Below, piece by piece: positions 11,525 to 25,263 of a stretch of DNA of 64,000 nt. Where the stretch lies: NCBI GenBank assembly GCA_964234715.1, contig OZ174277.1; one strand, written 5' to 3'. The DNA comes from Podarcis melisellensis (Eukaryota). A model generated the notes under the pieces. It was not told the DNA's origin and ran no database searches. It worked only from the letters and a program-made list of their open reading frames with translations. Numbering within the stretch: position 1 is the first letter of the stretch; each line of letters opens with the position of its first letter. Both the position numbers and the translations under genes were made by a program.

Positions 11525-14459
11525 TATAAGTTTGTATGTGTTAAACTGAGCATCAACTTTCCAGCTAGAAAGCAAAGGTACAACACATGTGCAGTTGGCA
11601 TTCATGACTACAGGGGTGTTTTGCAGGCATATGAACAAAAGTGGCGGAGAATCTTGCATTTAACAGCTAACTTCCACCCCTGAGAATTTTCAGAAAATGG
11701 TGATAAATACTAAACGAATTGTCTCAAAACAAAGCAAAACCCAGATGAAGTGAAACTAACTCCTTCCCTGAATCCCCTTCTCAGCACATTTTGGAATAAT
11801 AAAAGGATGTGAAGGGTTTGTGGCAACCACCAGTAATGCCCAGTTACCAATGACAACCAAAACTGGTTGACTCCTTTGGATTAGTTTGCACTTTTAATTA
11901 ACAGTTGGGCTTGAAGCCTTGCCTCCAGCCTAATTCCTTACCTTACAAGCTTTTCAACCCACTAGCACTTAGGTCAACTCCATTTCCAAAGTATTCCCCA
12001 CTCCCTGAGAGAAGATTTGGAAAAGATGTCGACTTGTTATGTTTTTGTAGAATACACCCTCCTTCCACTCACATTACAAATGCTCCTCCAGGTAGTCCTA
12101 ACACAGGTGATGGATGAGCATATGGAAAGAAGGAAATCTTAGAACGAGAGCATATAATCAGAGGGTAAAGATTTTCCTAATCCTACACAGATATGAAATG
12201 ATTTGGAATATGGTAACATTGCTGGATCTTAGGAAACAGAAAAAATTGGACAATTAAATTTCTAGAACACGGGTCTCAACAAACAATGTTTGGGAATGAC
12301 AAGTTCCTGGATAATATATATGTTTATAAGTTATTTACAATGCTTTATTAATTGATCAGGTAAAATATATTATTTATATATTAGGATACTATTTTTCTAA
12401 GGTTTGAAATAAAGTAAGGTAAGCCTAGGTATTTGTAGGTGGCGGACTCTGTGCTATGATTTTTTGATCTGCTAAAAATGAAGACGTCACATTTTTTGGA
12501 ATGATTTGGAGAAATCTAGCTCTCCAGTTTATCCTTTGCCCATATAACTAATATCAGCATATTTCACATCAGCGGGGAGCAAAAGCTAGCAAGAGAAAGA
12601 ATAATCTAGGTACATGCTATAGGGAACACTGGGATTGACTGCTATAGCACTTTCCGTCTTTCTTGTGGGTTTTCCACGGGCATCTGGTTGGCTAATACAG
12701 GATAGGAAAGCTGAACTAGATGGACCTTTGCTCTGGTCCAGCCAAGCTTCTTACATTATTAGGAATCTAGAGACTAAGAACCGAAGTCTGACTCCCCAAA
12801 GCTTTCTCCCAAGAAAATTGGTGGACTCCTAGTTAAATCAGGGGTGGAGAAACCTCCAACTCATGGGACAAAATTGACCCGCAAGGCAATTTCCTAAAAA
12901 CACACCCGCCAGTCGTCACTGGTGATGCCAACTGATAGGTGGGAAGGCAGCATTTAATCCTGCACTGGCGATGGGCACTGCTTCCAGCAGGGAAAACGAT
13001 CCTGCAGCCAAGGCAGCCAGATTTACTCCTTGCTCATCAGCTGGGAAGTGAGGCTTAAAGCCCTTAGCAGAAATGCTGTTTGAAGCAGCACACACTTCTC
13101 CTTTAAGTCAATGGGCTGGCAGCAGTGGAGTAAGGAAGAGGAGTCCCCCCCCCCCCGCCACTGCCATTGACTGCCCACTTGCTTAAAGAAGTGCAAGCTG
13201 TTTCAAACAGCACTGTGTTAAACAGGCTAATGCCTATAAAATCTACAATGAACTAGTTGTCTAGTTCAAACAGACTTAAATATAACTGTCGTATTTATTG
13301 TCTTAGGCATAAAGCAGCCAACTGTGCGAAAATAGTTTAAGGGGCATTGGCAAAGTTGCCATTTTTAAACGCAACTGCCCTAAACGTTCATGAATACATT
13401 CAAGTGGCACAGGGCTTTGCTGCATTCCACCCTGATCTTTCCCTACCCCATGGGTCGGCATAAGAAAGCCTTCCACACAAAAGTTTCCAACACAAATGAG
13501 TAACAGCAAAACACTGACCACACAGAAAGGTCAAGCTGCTCTCATTATGTGTGCACAGCAGGGCCACAGCATGGTAGGCATCAGAAATTTCCCCGCAGAT
13601 ATAAAACACTACACTTTTTCACTTTACATTGTTGATTCTATTTTTATTTTTATTTTGTAACTGAAGGGTGCATAATTAGGAACTTTCAGGGTATATTCAT
13701 CTATTAGCATGAGTTAAATTCAGGAGCAACAGACACAAAGCTTCTTTCTCCCTTATCTGAGGTAATGGACTATCCTGGATTAACTCAATAAACCAGAAAT
13801 TTACCTCTGTATTGCAATTTGTAACTAATTTATAAACTGACCAGTACTGAGGTTCAATCTTGCATTGCAAGCATGTTCTCAAAAGCCTTTCCTTCTTGTC
13901 TCGAACTTAACACTGAGAGGGTTAATGGTGGCACAGAAATGTCATCTGTGATAGCGAAGTCAGAAATGGAGCTTGTAATGAGGGAGGACTACGCAACATT
14001 TATGCACAAATTTGGGTTTCCGCTACCTTATATACCCCACCAGTTTTCATGTCAAATAGTTTTGCAAAAAAAAGAGGAATTTTTAAATTCATAACATACT
14101 GTGTGTTATGCTGATGTTACTCCTTCCAAATGACATTTCTGACCTTTAGCTGCTATGGAAACAAGTCACCTATATAGGCCAACTCTTTAATTATGCAATG
14201 ACCCATTTTCAAAAGAAAAAGGGGGGTGTCCCAGGCTATCTGCTTGGCAAAAGACACTGAATGTTGAACACTGTTCGTTCTGTAGTAAAGACTTCTAAAT
14301 TTAAGTGTGATGAACAGTACAAAAACAATGTATAATTTGCTGGACAATAAGGGGGCAGGAAAAACCCTACCTTTGCACACAGGATGCAAAGTGGGGTAAT
14401 TCAGGCTACACACAGCAGGAATCTACCATTTTCAGCTGACTGCAAGAGGTAGACTAGAC

Positions 14460-14714
14460 CAGGGGTGTCCAACTTCCAAGAGACTACGATCTCTACTCCC
14501 ACTATAAATAAACTGGCAGTGATCTACCCATTTGATTGACCAGAATTGTTGAGCTTTTTTTTGGGGGGGGGAGGACAAAAGTTGTAGAGCTTTTTTGAGG
14601 GGGAGGGGAGGGACCAGAGTTGTTGAGCTTTTCTTAGGTAGAGATCAGATCAGAATTGTTGATCGACCAGGATCAACCAGAGACAGCCTGCGATCAGCTG
14701 GTTGGACAGGCCTG
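14460..14714. mobile_element. hAT MITE with internal gttgttgagcttttt repeats
   Basis: TIR CAGGGGTGTCCAAC / GTTGGACAGGCCTG; TSD gactagac / gactaggc. Confidence 0.8.
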
Positions 14715-15215
14715 GACTAGGCCATTCCTAATATTTTCAATTACGATTTAGCATTGCACAATGTAATATGAAATCAGAATAAAACTGCTTTTTAAAATGC
14801 AAAATACCATATCCAGATTGGATCTCATAATATTTCTATTCTTCCCGAGTGAAGTAGTAGGCTCAGGGAGGGGTCTGTACCCTCTCACTTTAAGATTAGA
14901 GCAAGGCACCAAAATCTTTTCTTAAACTTACCTCCCAACTGCAGAACATTTAATTGATCAGTTTCTATAAGTAAAGTCCTACAAGAAAGACTCCGTGACT
15001 TTAAAAATATATAGCAGAGAGCACAGGCACCAGGATACATGAACAAGAATGTGGCACCTCTGGAAAGGACAAATGAAAGCTAAGGGCCTGCTACCAATCG
15101 AAGAATGCTGCATTATTAGGCCACTAGGATCAACGGAGTAAAGTAGTCAGTGAAACCAACATAAATTGTGAGCAATTTGCGGGAAAGAATAGAACTGAAG
15201 CAGCTAAAGAAAATA

Positions 15216-15464
15216 CAGTGGGCGCTCGGGTTGCGAACGTGATCCATGCGGGAGGCACGTTCACAACCTGCAGCGTTCGCAACCCACAGTGCCGCGTCTG
15301 CGCACATGTGGGTGGAAATTCAGTGCTTCTGCACATGCGCAAAGAGTTATTTAGCGCTTCTGCGCCGAAACCCAGAAGTAACCCATTCCGGTACTTCTGG
15401 GTTCGGCGTGATGCACAACCCAAAAACGCGCAACCTGAAGCGTCTGTAACCCGAGGTATGACTG
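15216..15464. mobile_element. Tc1/pogo MITE family B (related copy at 28082-28295)
   Basis: TA|CAGTGG...CGAGGTATGACTG|TA; internal similarity to 28082-28295. Confidence 0.8.
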
Positions 15465-18345
15465 TATAGTTGTGCCACATTGTGATCATCATACAAAGAC
15501 TGCTGGAAGTGGTGTCTTGTGTGATGATTTACCGTATCATACCGTATCTTCGTTCTGGCACGAAGAGTTTTCACACTGGTATCAGCCTCCTTCTAGAAGT
15601 AGTAATGCTAATTCTGGTTACATCACTGAAGAAATGAGATAATTGCAACTTCTCAACTTTTAAAAGGAAACAAAAAGCCAGTAACTCTCAGCCTGTGCAG
15701 ACGTTTCATTGCTGAACAATGCGGCACATTCACTACTGAATGAACCCCAGAGCATGGCGAGTCTCTGGGAGGCCACTAGACTGGTTATTATTGCACTAAG
15801 CATAACCCTCTCATAAGAGCTATTAGATGGCATGCTTGGCGGAAAATCAGTGTTTCTCTGGAAGCAGCTGTTAACCACTACCACCCCGCTTCAATTCTCC
15901 TTTTTATTTAAAAGGATAAGGAATGACTAGGCTTGGCATACTCCAAGTTTTCCATGCAAATTTTTATCTTTTAGAACTCTCTCTATGCAAATGATATATA
16001 TAAAATATCTGGGCCAGAATCCAAAGAGTTACTTACTATGAAATAGTTTTGCCCACCCACTCCCCAACTCATGCCATATAACAAACTGTTCTTTAAAGTA
16101 CCCTATGTTTCTAAAGCAGTTTGTCATGCCATATACTTAAGCTTAGGAAACACAAATCTAGGGCCAGCTGGATGTTTGGAACTGCTTATACAGTCTCTTT
16201 GGGTCCCAGACCTGCCAAAATTCAACTTTTTTGCTTTGGTACTAGGTAAAGATTATGGTTTTTTTTAAAAAAAATATAATGCAAGAGTAGTGAGCAGAAT
16301 GAACATGTGCATTAAGGACAGAATCATTTATACAGCAGACTTCAGCTTTGCATTATTTCCAGCAGCAGTTCACAAGGAGTCTAGCTGTTGTACATTTATT
16401 TTTAAAAGAGCTTGCCTCTTTGGCAGTGAAATAAGCCAGCTAAGCAGTGACTGCATATAGACAATGCAGCTACAAAGCCACAGATCAAGTTCAGTAAAGC
16501 CTGTAACTGTATCCAATGGTTACATTTAGTTATACAAACTAATGAGGGAATACATACATTGTATGTATATTGCTTTAACTGTTCAGCACAACAAATAAAC
16601 ACAAAGTGTGGAGTATCCACAGCAAGAGAGATTTTGACCAGATGTGTATGTAAAAGGTATATATGTAGCAGAGATTATGCTAAAGCAAGAGCCCTCTCTT
16701 AATTTTTGAACCTTCTGCCTTGCACTGCAGTCCCACCTGTTCAGGAGGGACCCCATATCCTCTGGAAAGTGTTATTGGGGGGTGTACATGGGAGGAAAGG
16801 AAAAATCAGGTTTGCAAGCTGCCTTTCACTCACACCAGCAGTGGAGACAACTCACTAATTAATTAACAATAGAGTTTGGAATGCAGCATTCAAAATCTTC
16901 TTGTAACCTTGCATCTAGTGGGGAATGCTTTGTCTGGAAGCAAAAAATGGCATCCTATTATAGTTGCAAGGATGGTGGAAAGTACCAGACAAAAGGATTA
17001 TGGCTCAATTTGTAATTCCAGAGCCCTTGGCTTTGGTCAGAATTTATTAGCAGCACAAACTGTCATGGAATGTGTGCTCCATCTGCTTCTTGTTACCTTC
17101 ATTCATAAGTACTGCCATCTAAAAATGATAATTTCAGAGTAATTTTTTCCATATACATACAAAGCTTGATAAAAATTCAAATGTCCCTTTAATATGATTG
17201 GTAAAGGACATTAACCCTAATGGGACATTGTAAACATAAGTAGTTTTGTGATACCAAACTCACTACTGCCACCACCAATGTAAATGCTTTCCCTAAAACC
17301 TTAAATTATATAAATTATAAACACCTGCATTTCCATAGGTTTGTATCCTTTACATATGGCATCTCCTTTTTATAGGGCACTAAGTGTGCCAAAATGGGGG
17401 CAACAAGCAAAGTCATCATTTTGACATTAGCCATTCTGACCTCAAGATGACAGTCAGGATCTAAGACCTTAATGCTGATGCAGAACAACGTGTGAAAAAG
17501 GTTCACCTCTGTCTGTCCTGAGACAACTGCACTGAGAAGTACAGTGGAGGAAAGTATCATGGTGGCAGGCTAAGTTTTTTTGGGGGGGCAATTGCCCTTC
17601 ATTCCTCTTTACCAAGTTCATCAGGTAAAGGAAGAGGAAAATGGACACCTATCCTCACTAAGCAGGAGGTAAGAGGTAGCTTCTCTCTTTTGGAAGTATG
17701 GGCAGAATGAACATGCATCTCTTGAAACTGACTGAGGGGGGTTGGAGGAGCTGAATCAGATTTGAATGTTTTCAGCTATGTTAGTTGAAGGCAAACTGAT
17801 TTGGAAGGTTGGGAGTTTCAGAAAGCTTAGATCTCTCTCTGCTGTCAACTCTTCCCCTTTCTTGCGAGGAATCCTATTTGGAATAAGGGAATTTCCCTTA
17901 AAAAAAGGGAAACATTGACAGCTATGCCTTGAACTCAAGTTTGTAACCTTGGGCAAGTCACTTGCCATTCAGCCTCACTCGTCTGTCTTCTGCAGACTGG
18001 GTGGTGCAGAAGCAAATGTGGGATCAAAGGGAGCAATTGAATGTTTAGCCCCCACCTCTGCCCTTGCATCAGATTGTAGTCTTGGGCTATTCCATTCAAT
18101 GGCACAATCCAAAGAGCAGTGATACCATCCCGAAAATATTTTACATAGTTTTCAACTAAAAGGAATTGTCATTATGAGATGGCTGCATTTATCCCCAAGG
18201 ATATCTAACTCCTTTGGAAGAAACTTCCAAGATGCTATTATCTGAAGACTGAAATGCTTATTTCTGGACAATTATCAGGTTTCTTTCCTAAGCTTTGGTT
18301 ACCCCAAACCCCTTATCTATTTTCTTAGACTGTTGACTCTATAAC

Positions 18346-18346
18346 A

Positions 18347-18380
<34 letters not shown>
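18346..18380. repeat. (CA)n microsatellite
   Basis: Direct reading. Confidence 0.9.
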
Positions 18381-18384
<4 letters not shown>

Positions 18385-19310
18385 AAGGGCAAAAACAAAG
18401 CTGCTGCAGTGTGTTTATAACCTTTTTAAATCTATAAATATTACAAGCAATAGGACATTGTTTTCATATATTTACATCCTAATCCATGCAAGTTAAATGG
18501 GACTTGTTTCCAAGGAAGCAAGCCCAGGACTGAAGGCTTTTGGCAATCACAAGAAAGCAGGCTATGAAAAGGCATAAAAGCTGAAGCTCACAAAACGCAG
18601 TTATATTCATTTTTTAGCAAAATCCCTTCAAACGTGCTTAAGACACACAGTTATAAAAACGCAACACAGTACGTGTAAAGATGCATAAGAGGAGAAAACA
18701 GACACAGAGGAGAGTTAACAAGAATCAAAGGAAGTACAAGAAAAGAATTGCTTACCCTACAGATGCTTCCTCTGCAACAAACAAGCTCATTTTTCACAGG
18801 GCTGGATGGGTAAGCCTACCCACACTCCATTAAATCAATTGTTCATTCTGCAAATTGGCTTAAGGCTGCTCTTGGGCATTTTATACATAGAGATGCAGCT
18901 GCCTAGAAATGCATCTGCAAAGTGAGGCAAAAACAAACAACACCACATTCACATGCCGATGAGAGAGAGAACGAAAGAAAGAGAGAGTGCAGTGCACACC
19001 CACGGGATCGCTAATGAATTCTCCGAAAGAACCAGCCTAAATGGCTATTCACTGAAAGATGTTCAACACAAGATTAACAAGTGGCTAAGAGCCACCCTCC
19101 GGTTTTGATTTTTAAAGCTGCAGTTTTTTGATACCACTGCTGGCATCCAGCCATCACTGCAGGCCTCAAAAAGTAGTGGAAAGCTTAAAAGGGGGAAAGA
19201 GCCTGCCGGGAAAATTCTTCTAAGCCTGCAGCTCTGCAGCACTCTCGTTCTTTACAATAAGGAAGAGCAAGAACCCTCATCCCATCGCCAGTCTTTCAAT
19301 GCAAACTCTA

Positions 19311-20972
19311 TTTTTTTTTTTTTTTTTAATAATTTTTATTATGTTTTTTCAGACGTATACAGAAAAAAGAAGAAAAAGAGAAGCAAAGAAAAAGCAAGCA
19401 ATAGACAAAAAGAAAATAAAAAATTCATAACCCTTCAACAACTTATTTCAACTTTCTATCGAACTTCCCCACATCTCCCGCACAATGCATTCTTAACAAT
19501 AAATTTATCAGCAAATTATAACCTTGTTTCATATATTTCTTTTGTACTTTCAATTGCAGTTTAAGTTTAAATCCCTTATTGCTCGTTTACTCTAAAAACA
19601 GAACATATTATCATTTTTAACATTTAAACTTGGGTTCTTTCAATAATGTTATCCAATTTCATAAATGTTACACACTCATTGCTGGGGCTAGCATTTCAAA
19701 TTATGTGTCATTTTATAGTTCATATAGCTTATAAAATTTTTGCAGATAATTCTTAAATTTTTTCCAGTCCTCCTCCATTGCTTCTTCTCCCAGATCTCGG
19801 ATTCTGGCAGTCATTTCGGCCAACTCCATATAGTCAATCAGTTGCGTTTGCCACTCTTCCAGTGTGGGCAAATCTTGAGTCTTCCAATGTTTGGCGATCA
19901 AAATTCTTGCTGCCGTGGTGGCATACATAAAAAACGTTCTATCCTTCTTTAACACCCCTTGGCCCACAATACCCAAGAGGAAGGCCTCCGGTTTTTTAGA
20001 GAAGGTGTACTTAAACACCTTTTTTAACTCGTTATAGATCATTTCCCAGAAGGCCTTCACTCTTGGGCAGGTCCACCAAAGGTGGAAGAATGTTCCTTCA
20101 GCTTCCTTACACTTCCAACACTTGTTATCAGACAAATGGTATATCTTAGCAAGTTTAACTGGGGTCATGTACCACCTGTATATCATTTTCATGATGTTTT
20201 CTTTCAAGGCATTACATGCCGTAAATTTCATACCGGTGGTCCATAACCTTTCCCAATCTTCAAACATGATATTATAACCAATGTCTTGAGCCCACTTTAT
20301 CATAGCTGATTTAACTGTCTCATCCTGTGTGTTCCATTTAAGCAGCAAGTTATACATTCTCGATAATACCTTGGTCTTTGATTCTAACAGCTCTGTCTCA
20401 AGTTTCGATTTTTCCACCTGGAATCCTGTTTTTTTATCTAACTTAACAACCTCGTTAATTTGGGCATAATGAAACCAATCTTGCACCTTATCTTTTAAAT
20501 TTTCAAAGCTCCGCAACCTCCAATTGTCATCAATTTTTTCTATTAGTTCCCAATATTTCGGCCAGCCGACCTCCATATTGGGTTTTTTCCGCGCCTTGGC
20601 CTCCACTGGTGATAACCACCTCGGAGTTTTACTTTCCAATAAGTCTTTATATTTCATCCAGACCATAAAGATTGCTTTCCTGACAATATGGTTTTTGAAC
20701 ATTCCATGTGTTTTTGCCTTGCCGTACCACAAATACGCATGCCATCCTAACGAATTGTTAAAGCCTTCCAGATCTAGGACATCTGTATTCTCTAATAAAA
20801 TCCAATCTTTCAACCAGCAGAGGGCTGCTGCCTCATAATATAACCTTAAGTCCGGCAGGGCAAACCCCCCTCTTTCTTTTGCATCAGTTAGTATTTTAAA
20901 CTTAATTCGGGGCTTTTTGCCCTGCCAGACAAACTTTGATATATCCCTCTGCCACTTTCCAAAGCATTCCAC
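19311..20972 (-). mobile_element. 5'-truncated L1-clade LINE, young: uninterrupted 419-codon ORF2 C-terminus (19713-20972), 3' UTR and poly(A)
   Basis: KERGGFALPDLRLYYEAA and zinc-knuckle-like CWKC..GTFFHLWWTC motifs. AATAAA plus poly(A), seen as poly-T at 19311-19327. 15-bp TSD TCAATGCAAACTCTA at 19296-19310 and 20973-20987. Confidence 0.95.
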
Positions 20973-23639
20973 TCAATGCAAACTCTAAAAAGGAAATGCA
21001 AGGAGGTCTATGTGACAATTCACTTAGCCCAGCTCTAATATAGTAAATATTATGACCTGAGTATTCTTGCAAGGTTTGAACATGTGGGCTACTCTTAAAA
21101 ATAAAACCACACACACACAAATATCAAATATGTTCTCGCCAGCAGCAACATGGGTAAAACAAGGGAAGAGAATGAAGATAATAAAGCTAAAGAAACAGAT
21201 TTTCTCAGGCATTTCTCCTGTTTCAGGAACTGACGAAGGGGAAGTTCCATAATCAAAGATCAACAGCATCAACCATCAAAGAAATCTTTATATTTTACAT
21301 ACATTGCAATTTATGGACAACCACTTGTTTCAGTCTGACATTAACCACAGTCCTTTATATACACAATGTAAATAAAGTATGCTGTGCTAATAAAACAAGT
21401 CCCCTTTCCCTTAACAAGGAAAGACACAAACCTAATAAATATATGGTTTTACAATATAAATCACAGTGGAACAGCTTTCCTTTCATATGTTTTACAGTTG
21501 TGCATTTCATTGTTTAGCTCTGTCTATATTTTAGGATGCTCAGCTTTATTCTTCTTGGAAAAATTATCTGTGTAATTTCCCTATTAACTTTTATCTTAAC
21601 TGCTGTCACACTGAAAGAATTCTGTAGAAGGTTTTAGGAAATGTGAGTTTAGGTTAGTTTCCAACATATTAAATTGCTGTGATTTAATGTTCTATATGTC
21701 TTGCGAGTCAAAGAAAAACAAAAACAAAAAATCCTGTAAAACACAAATGTCTTGTGCATAGATGAAATCTAAAGTTCAGCACTGAGACTTGAAGAAAGTT
21801 TCCAAGTTTCAGTAAACTGGTCATAAAATGTAACTGCTTGTTACATTTGCTGGAAAAGTGGGGAGATAAATAGTTGCCTATAGGTGGCAAAAAAACCAAA
21901 GTCAATGGTAACTTTTTAGAAAATGTTTGACTAACTCAGCCTTGCCCAGCCTGGTGATCTCCAAATGTTGCTGGCCATATTGACTGGGGCTGAGGGGAAT
22001 TTTAGTCTAAAACATTTTGTTTGGTGACTGCTGCCTATGTCATAATCTCAGAATTCCAAATCTGCCCAGGGTGCCAAAAAAACTTGTGACAACCAGATAG
22101 TATATTTTCACAACCTGGTTTAGTCCATAGGAGCCAACTCCTATGGGCTGAGGTCCCATTGCCCTCCATAAAATATTTGAGGGGGCTGCGCCCCTAAGTT
22201 GATGGGCATTGCCATTCAAATGGCGTGTGTGTGTGTGCTGCATCTTGTGATTAATTATACCTGGGGCCCCCAATATTTTATTCAAGTTGGCACCACTGTA
22301 TAGAGAGGAATAGGATTCTCTAAAATTATACCCTCAAACCTGAGTTTTAACCAAGCTTAGCAAGTGTCGCAATAGTGTACTTAAACCAGGAAGAGAAGGG
22401 TGGGATGCTATTTTCTTTAATCACAAAATAAAATTTCTGTATTCAAACTAAATAAGCCACCAGTGTTTAGGCTAAACATATTTGATAGAATTATTACAAA
22501 AGTAACCAAAAGAGAGAAATGTTTGGATATTACATTCAGGGCTATTTTGTTGAGAAAGAAAAAATTGATGACTTTAGATAAGAATCATGTGGATGTCCCG
22601 GCACAATCCTGTGCTAGAATGTTAAGACCACCACATTTTTCTTTCCTCAGTTCTCAAATATATTCAGTAATTATTTTAACCTGAACTTTGCAAGGCCTTA
22701 AATGTAAAAAGCAAGCACACAGAACAGCTCTACTCAGTGCTATTTGGGTGGTATAATAAATAGGAATGATACTTGAAAATATCAACTAACTTCAAGCTGA
22801 GGACAGGAGGAAGTTCCTTGGCAAATAAAAATATATTGCATCATTACATGCTACATTGTGATGAAAGATTAATGACAAATCCAGTCCAGGAGGGATTGTT
22901 GTTTGAGGAGTGACACCAGACAATTCTTAAAAATACTCAATTAGGAGATTAAAATGACTGATCCCATTGTGGTTCATACCATAGATTCAGGTTCTTTAGT
23001 CTGAACAGGTAGAACACAACACACTGCCATTCAGCTATCACTTTAGCTGATTTAAAACTGGTGTTTACTTATTCTTTCAAATTTTCAATCCATTACCTAA
23101 ACCGATGGACAAATGTATTAGAACACAACAAAGGCAAATAGTCTACCTTCATACAGTACTTTCTTTTACTGTTCAGAGTAATCTTTGTCCAATCTTGTGA
23201 ATGCAAGATGCAATTAGAATAAAAGGAAAATAAATCAGATGTAAAAGCCTTTACCAGCAAGGTTTCCTCAATGACTTGTCACAGGAGCCTTTCTTAAACC
23301 TTGACGTGACCTCAAAAAAGATGCTTGGTCTTGATGACAGCACCGTTTCCTTAACACGAAGAGGCTTTGGGGAGCCTAAACACATGACTATCACCAACAA
23401 GGACTACCATCAAAAGATAAGTCTTACTGTTACTTGTTGCAGGGGTGGGAGCATGTAATTTTCCAGATGTTGATGAACAACAACTCCCACCAGCTCCTAC
23501 TCTTGGTCATGCTGGCTGAAGCTGATGAGAGCTGGTATGTAACATCTGGAGGCCCACAAGTTTCCCATCCCTGGACTGTTGAATGGCCATGTTTAGCCAG
23601 TTATATCTCAGCTCATTCAGATAAGATGTACAACAACCT

Positions 23640-23851
23640 CTTGACCCTGTGTGCTGCCCATTGATCATCAATGAGTACTAGGCATGATGGCTATGCTGTG
23701 CCTGCACAGCTGGAGGCGGTTTGCTTCTGAATGCCAGTTTCTGGAAACCACGAGAGGGGAGAGTGCTCTTGTGCACTGGTTGGCCACTGTGAGAACAGGA
23801 TGCTGGACAAGATGGACCACTGACCTAATCCAACAGGCTCTTATGTTCTTA
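23640..23851 (+). mobile_element. Old retroposon 3' fragment with a CR1-like tail. Related copies at ~12630-12760 and ~35530-35712
   Basis: Recurrent ctggttggccactgtgagaacagga..tggac..gatgg..cc..tgatcc..cagg..cttatgttctta. Confidence 0.55.
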
Positions 23852-25232
23852 GGGAGTCTTAGATGTACCTACTTCAGGGTTGTTGTGAGGACAAAACTGG
23901 GGAAGGGGCGAACTGTGTTCATCACTTTGAGCTCCTTGAAAGAAAAAAAGGGGGTATGTTTTACATAGGACTAAGTAAAATTTCTTCATTGAGGCTTTAG
24001 AATATCCATTTAACTTTTAGATATAAGATTTCAAAGGAACCAAGATGCGGTGCACAATGTCTGAGTTTTAAAGGAGCCAGAACTCTTGCAATATCTATTA
24101 CAACTGAAACCAATACCCTAAATGAATATTTGTAACAATTGTATTTCCCAAGGCTGAAATATAAAGCAGCAAATAATTTCGCTTTTTGGCAGATGGCTAA
24201 AATACCTCTAGCTCTGAATCTTTGAACTGGAATTCTAGTTTATTCCATGTATCAAAGTCAGTCCGCCAAACACAATAATTAAATGCCTCCAGAATAAAGG
24301 AAACTTGCCAGAATTTGCAAGTTCAATTGAAAAATAAGCATCAACTTGCATAGTCAAGATGCAGCAAAAAAAGTTGAACTTTATACCTCAAGTTATAGAT
24401 GAAAGCAGATGCTAATATTTTTGTTTGTGCTGTCTCCATAGGAACTAAAAGCAACAAAAGATGAAGATTTCCAAAGGACAGTTATCAGGTTTGATTTAGT
24501 ACCTCCAGTTCACACGTACTAATACTTCCCTTGAGTCACAAATATTGAAATAACGTGAAGAGAAGCAAAGAAGACCCATCTTGAAGCCTCCCAGTTATCC
24601 CTAATCTGAAATATTACTTCCCTCTTGGGCTGGTCCCAAACTTTTAGATAAAAGTTGGATCATAGCAGTTAATGTCAACTTAAACACAGATACATAGTTA
24701 TGTCCAGGGGATCTGGACTGAGGGATCTAGCCTTCAATAATACTGGTCTCATGGGGAGAATCCCATTCACCTCCCAGTCTCAGGAAGCTGACTATGCCTG
24801 ATCTATGTGTATGCAGCTGTTAAGGCACACCTCTGCATTGTTTAGGTTAAATGCATTGTTGGGCCCAGTATCATATACCCCCAAAACATTCCTCAGATGA
24901 AAATAGGGACATTTCTCACTCCCCTCCCAAACTGTCTCTCCTTGACCCCTCATTTTTTGTCCCTCAGCCAGAGCATTCTACCACCACTACACCAACGGGC
25001 CTTTTCACCAACACCCTTCATGATCCTGAAAACCCCTGAACCCTAATTTTATTATATTCATTGGTAGATTTGCCAAAAGAAAAAAACAAACCAATAACTA
25101 AATTTTAGAGAGGTACAACTTTTTTCTGGGGGTACGCATACCCCTAAATATTTTGTGAATCTAAGTTTTGCCTCATATTTCAATATGAGTAGGAAAATGA
25201 GAGTACGCCTAAACATTTTTTAAGAAAAGAAA

Positions 25233-25263
<31 letters not shown>

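Noticed and set aside
18756-18790. MSLFVAEEASV as a coding first exon of PLEKHG1
   Set aside because: Its donor is phase 2; the acceptors at 1181 (phase 1) and 6422 (phase 0) both give early stops.
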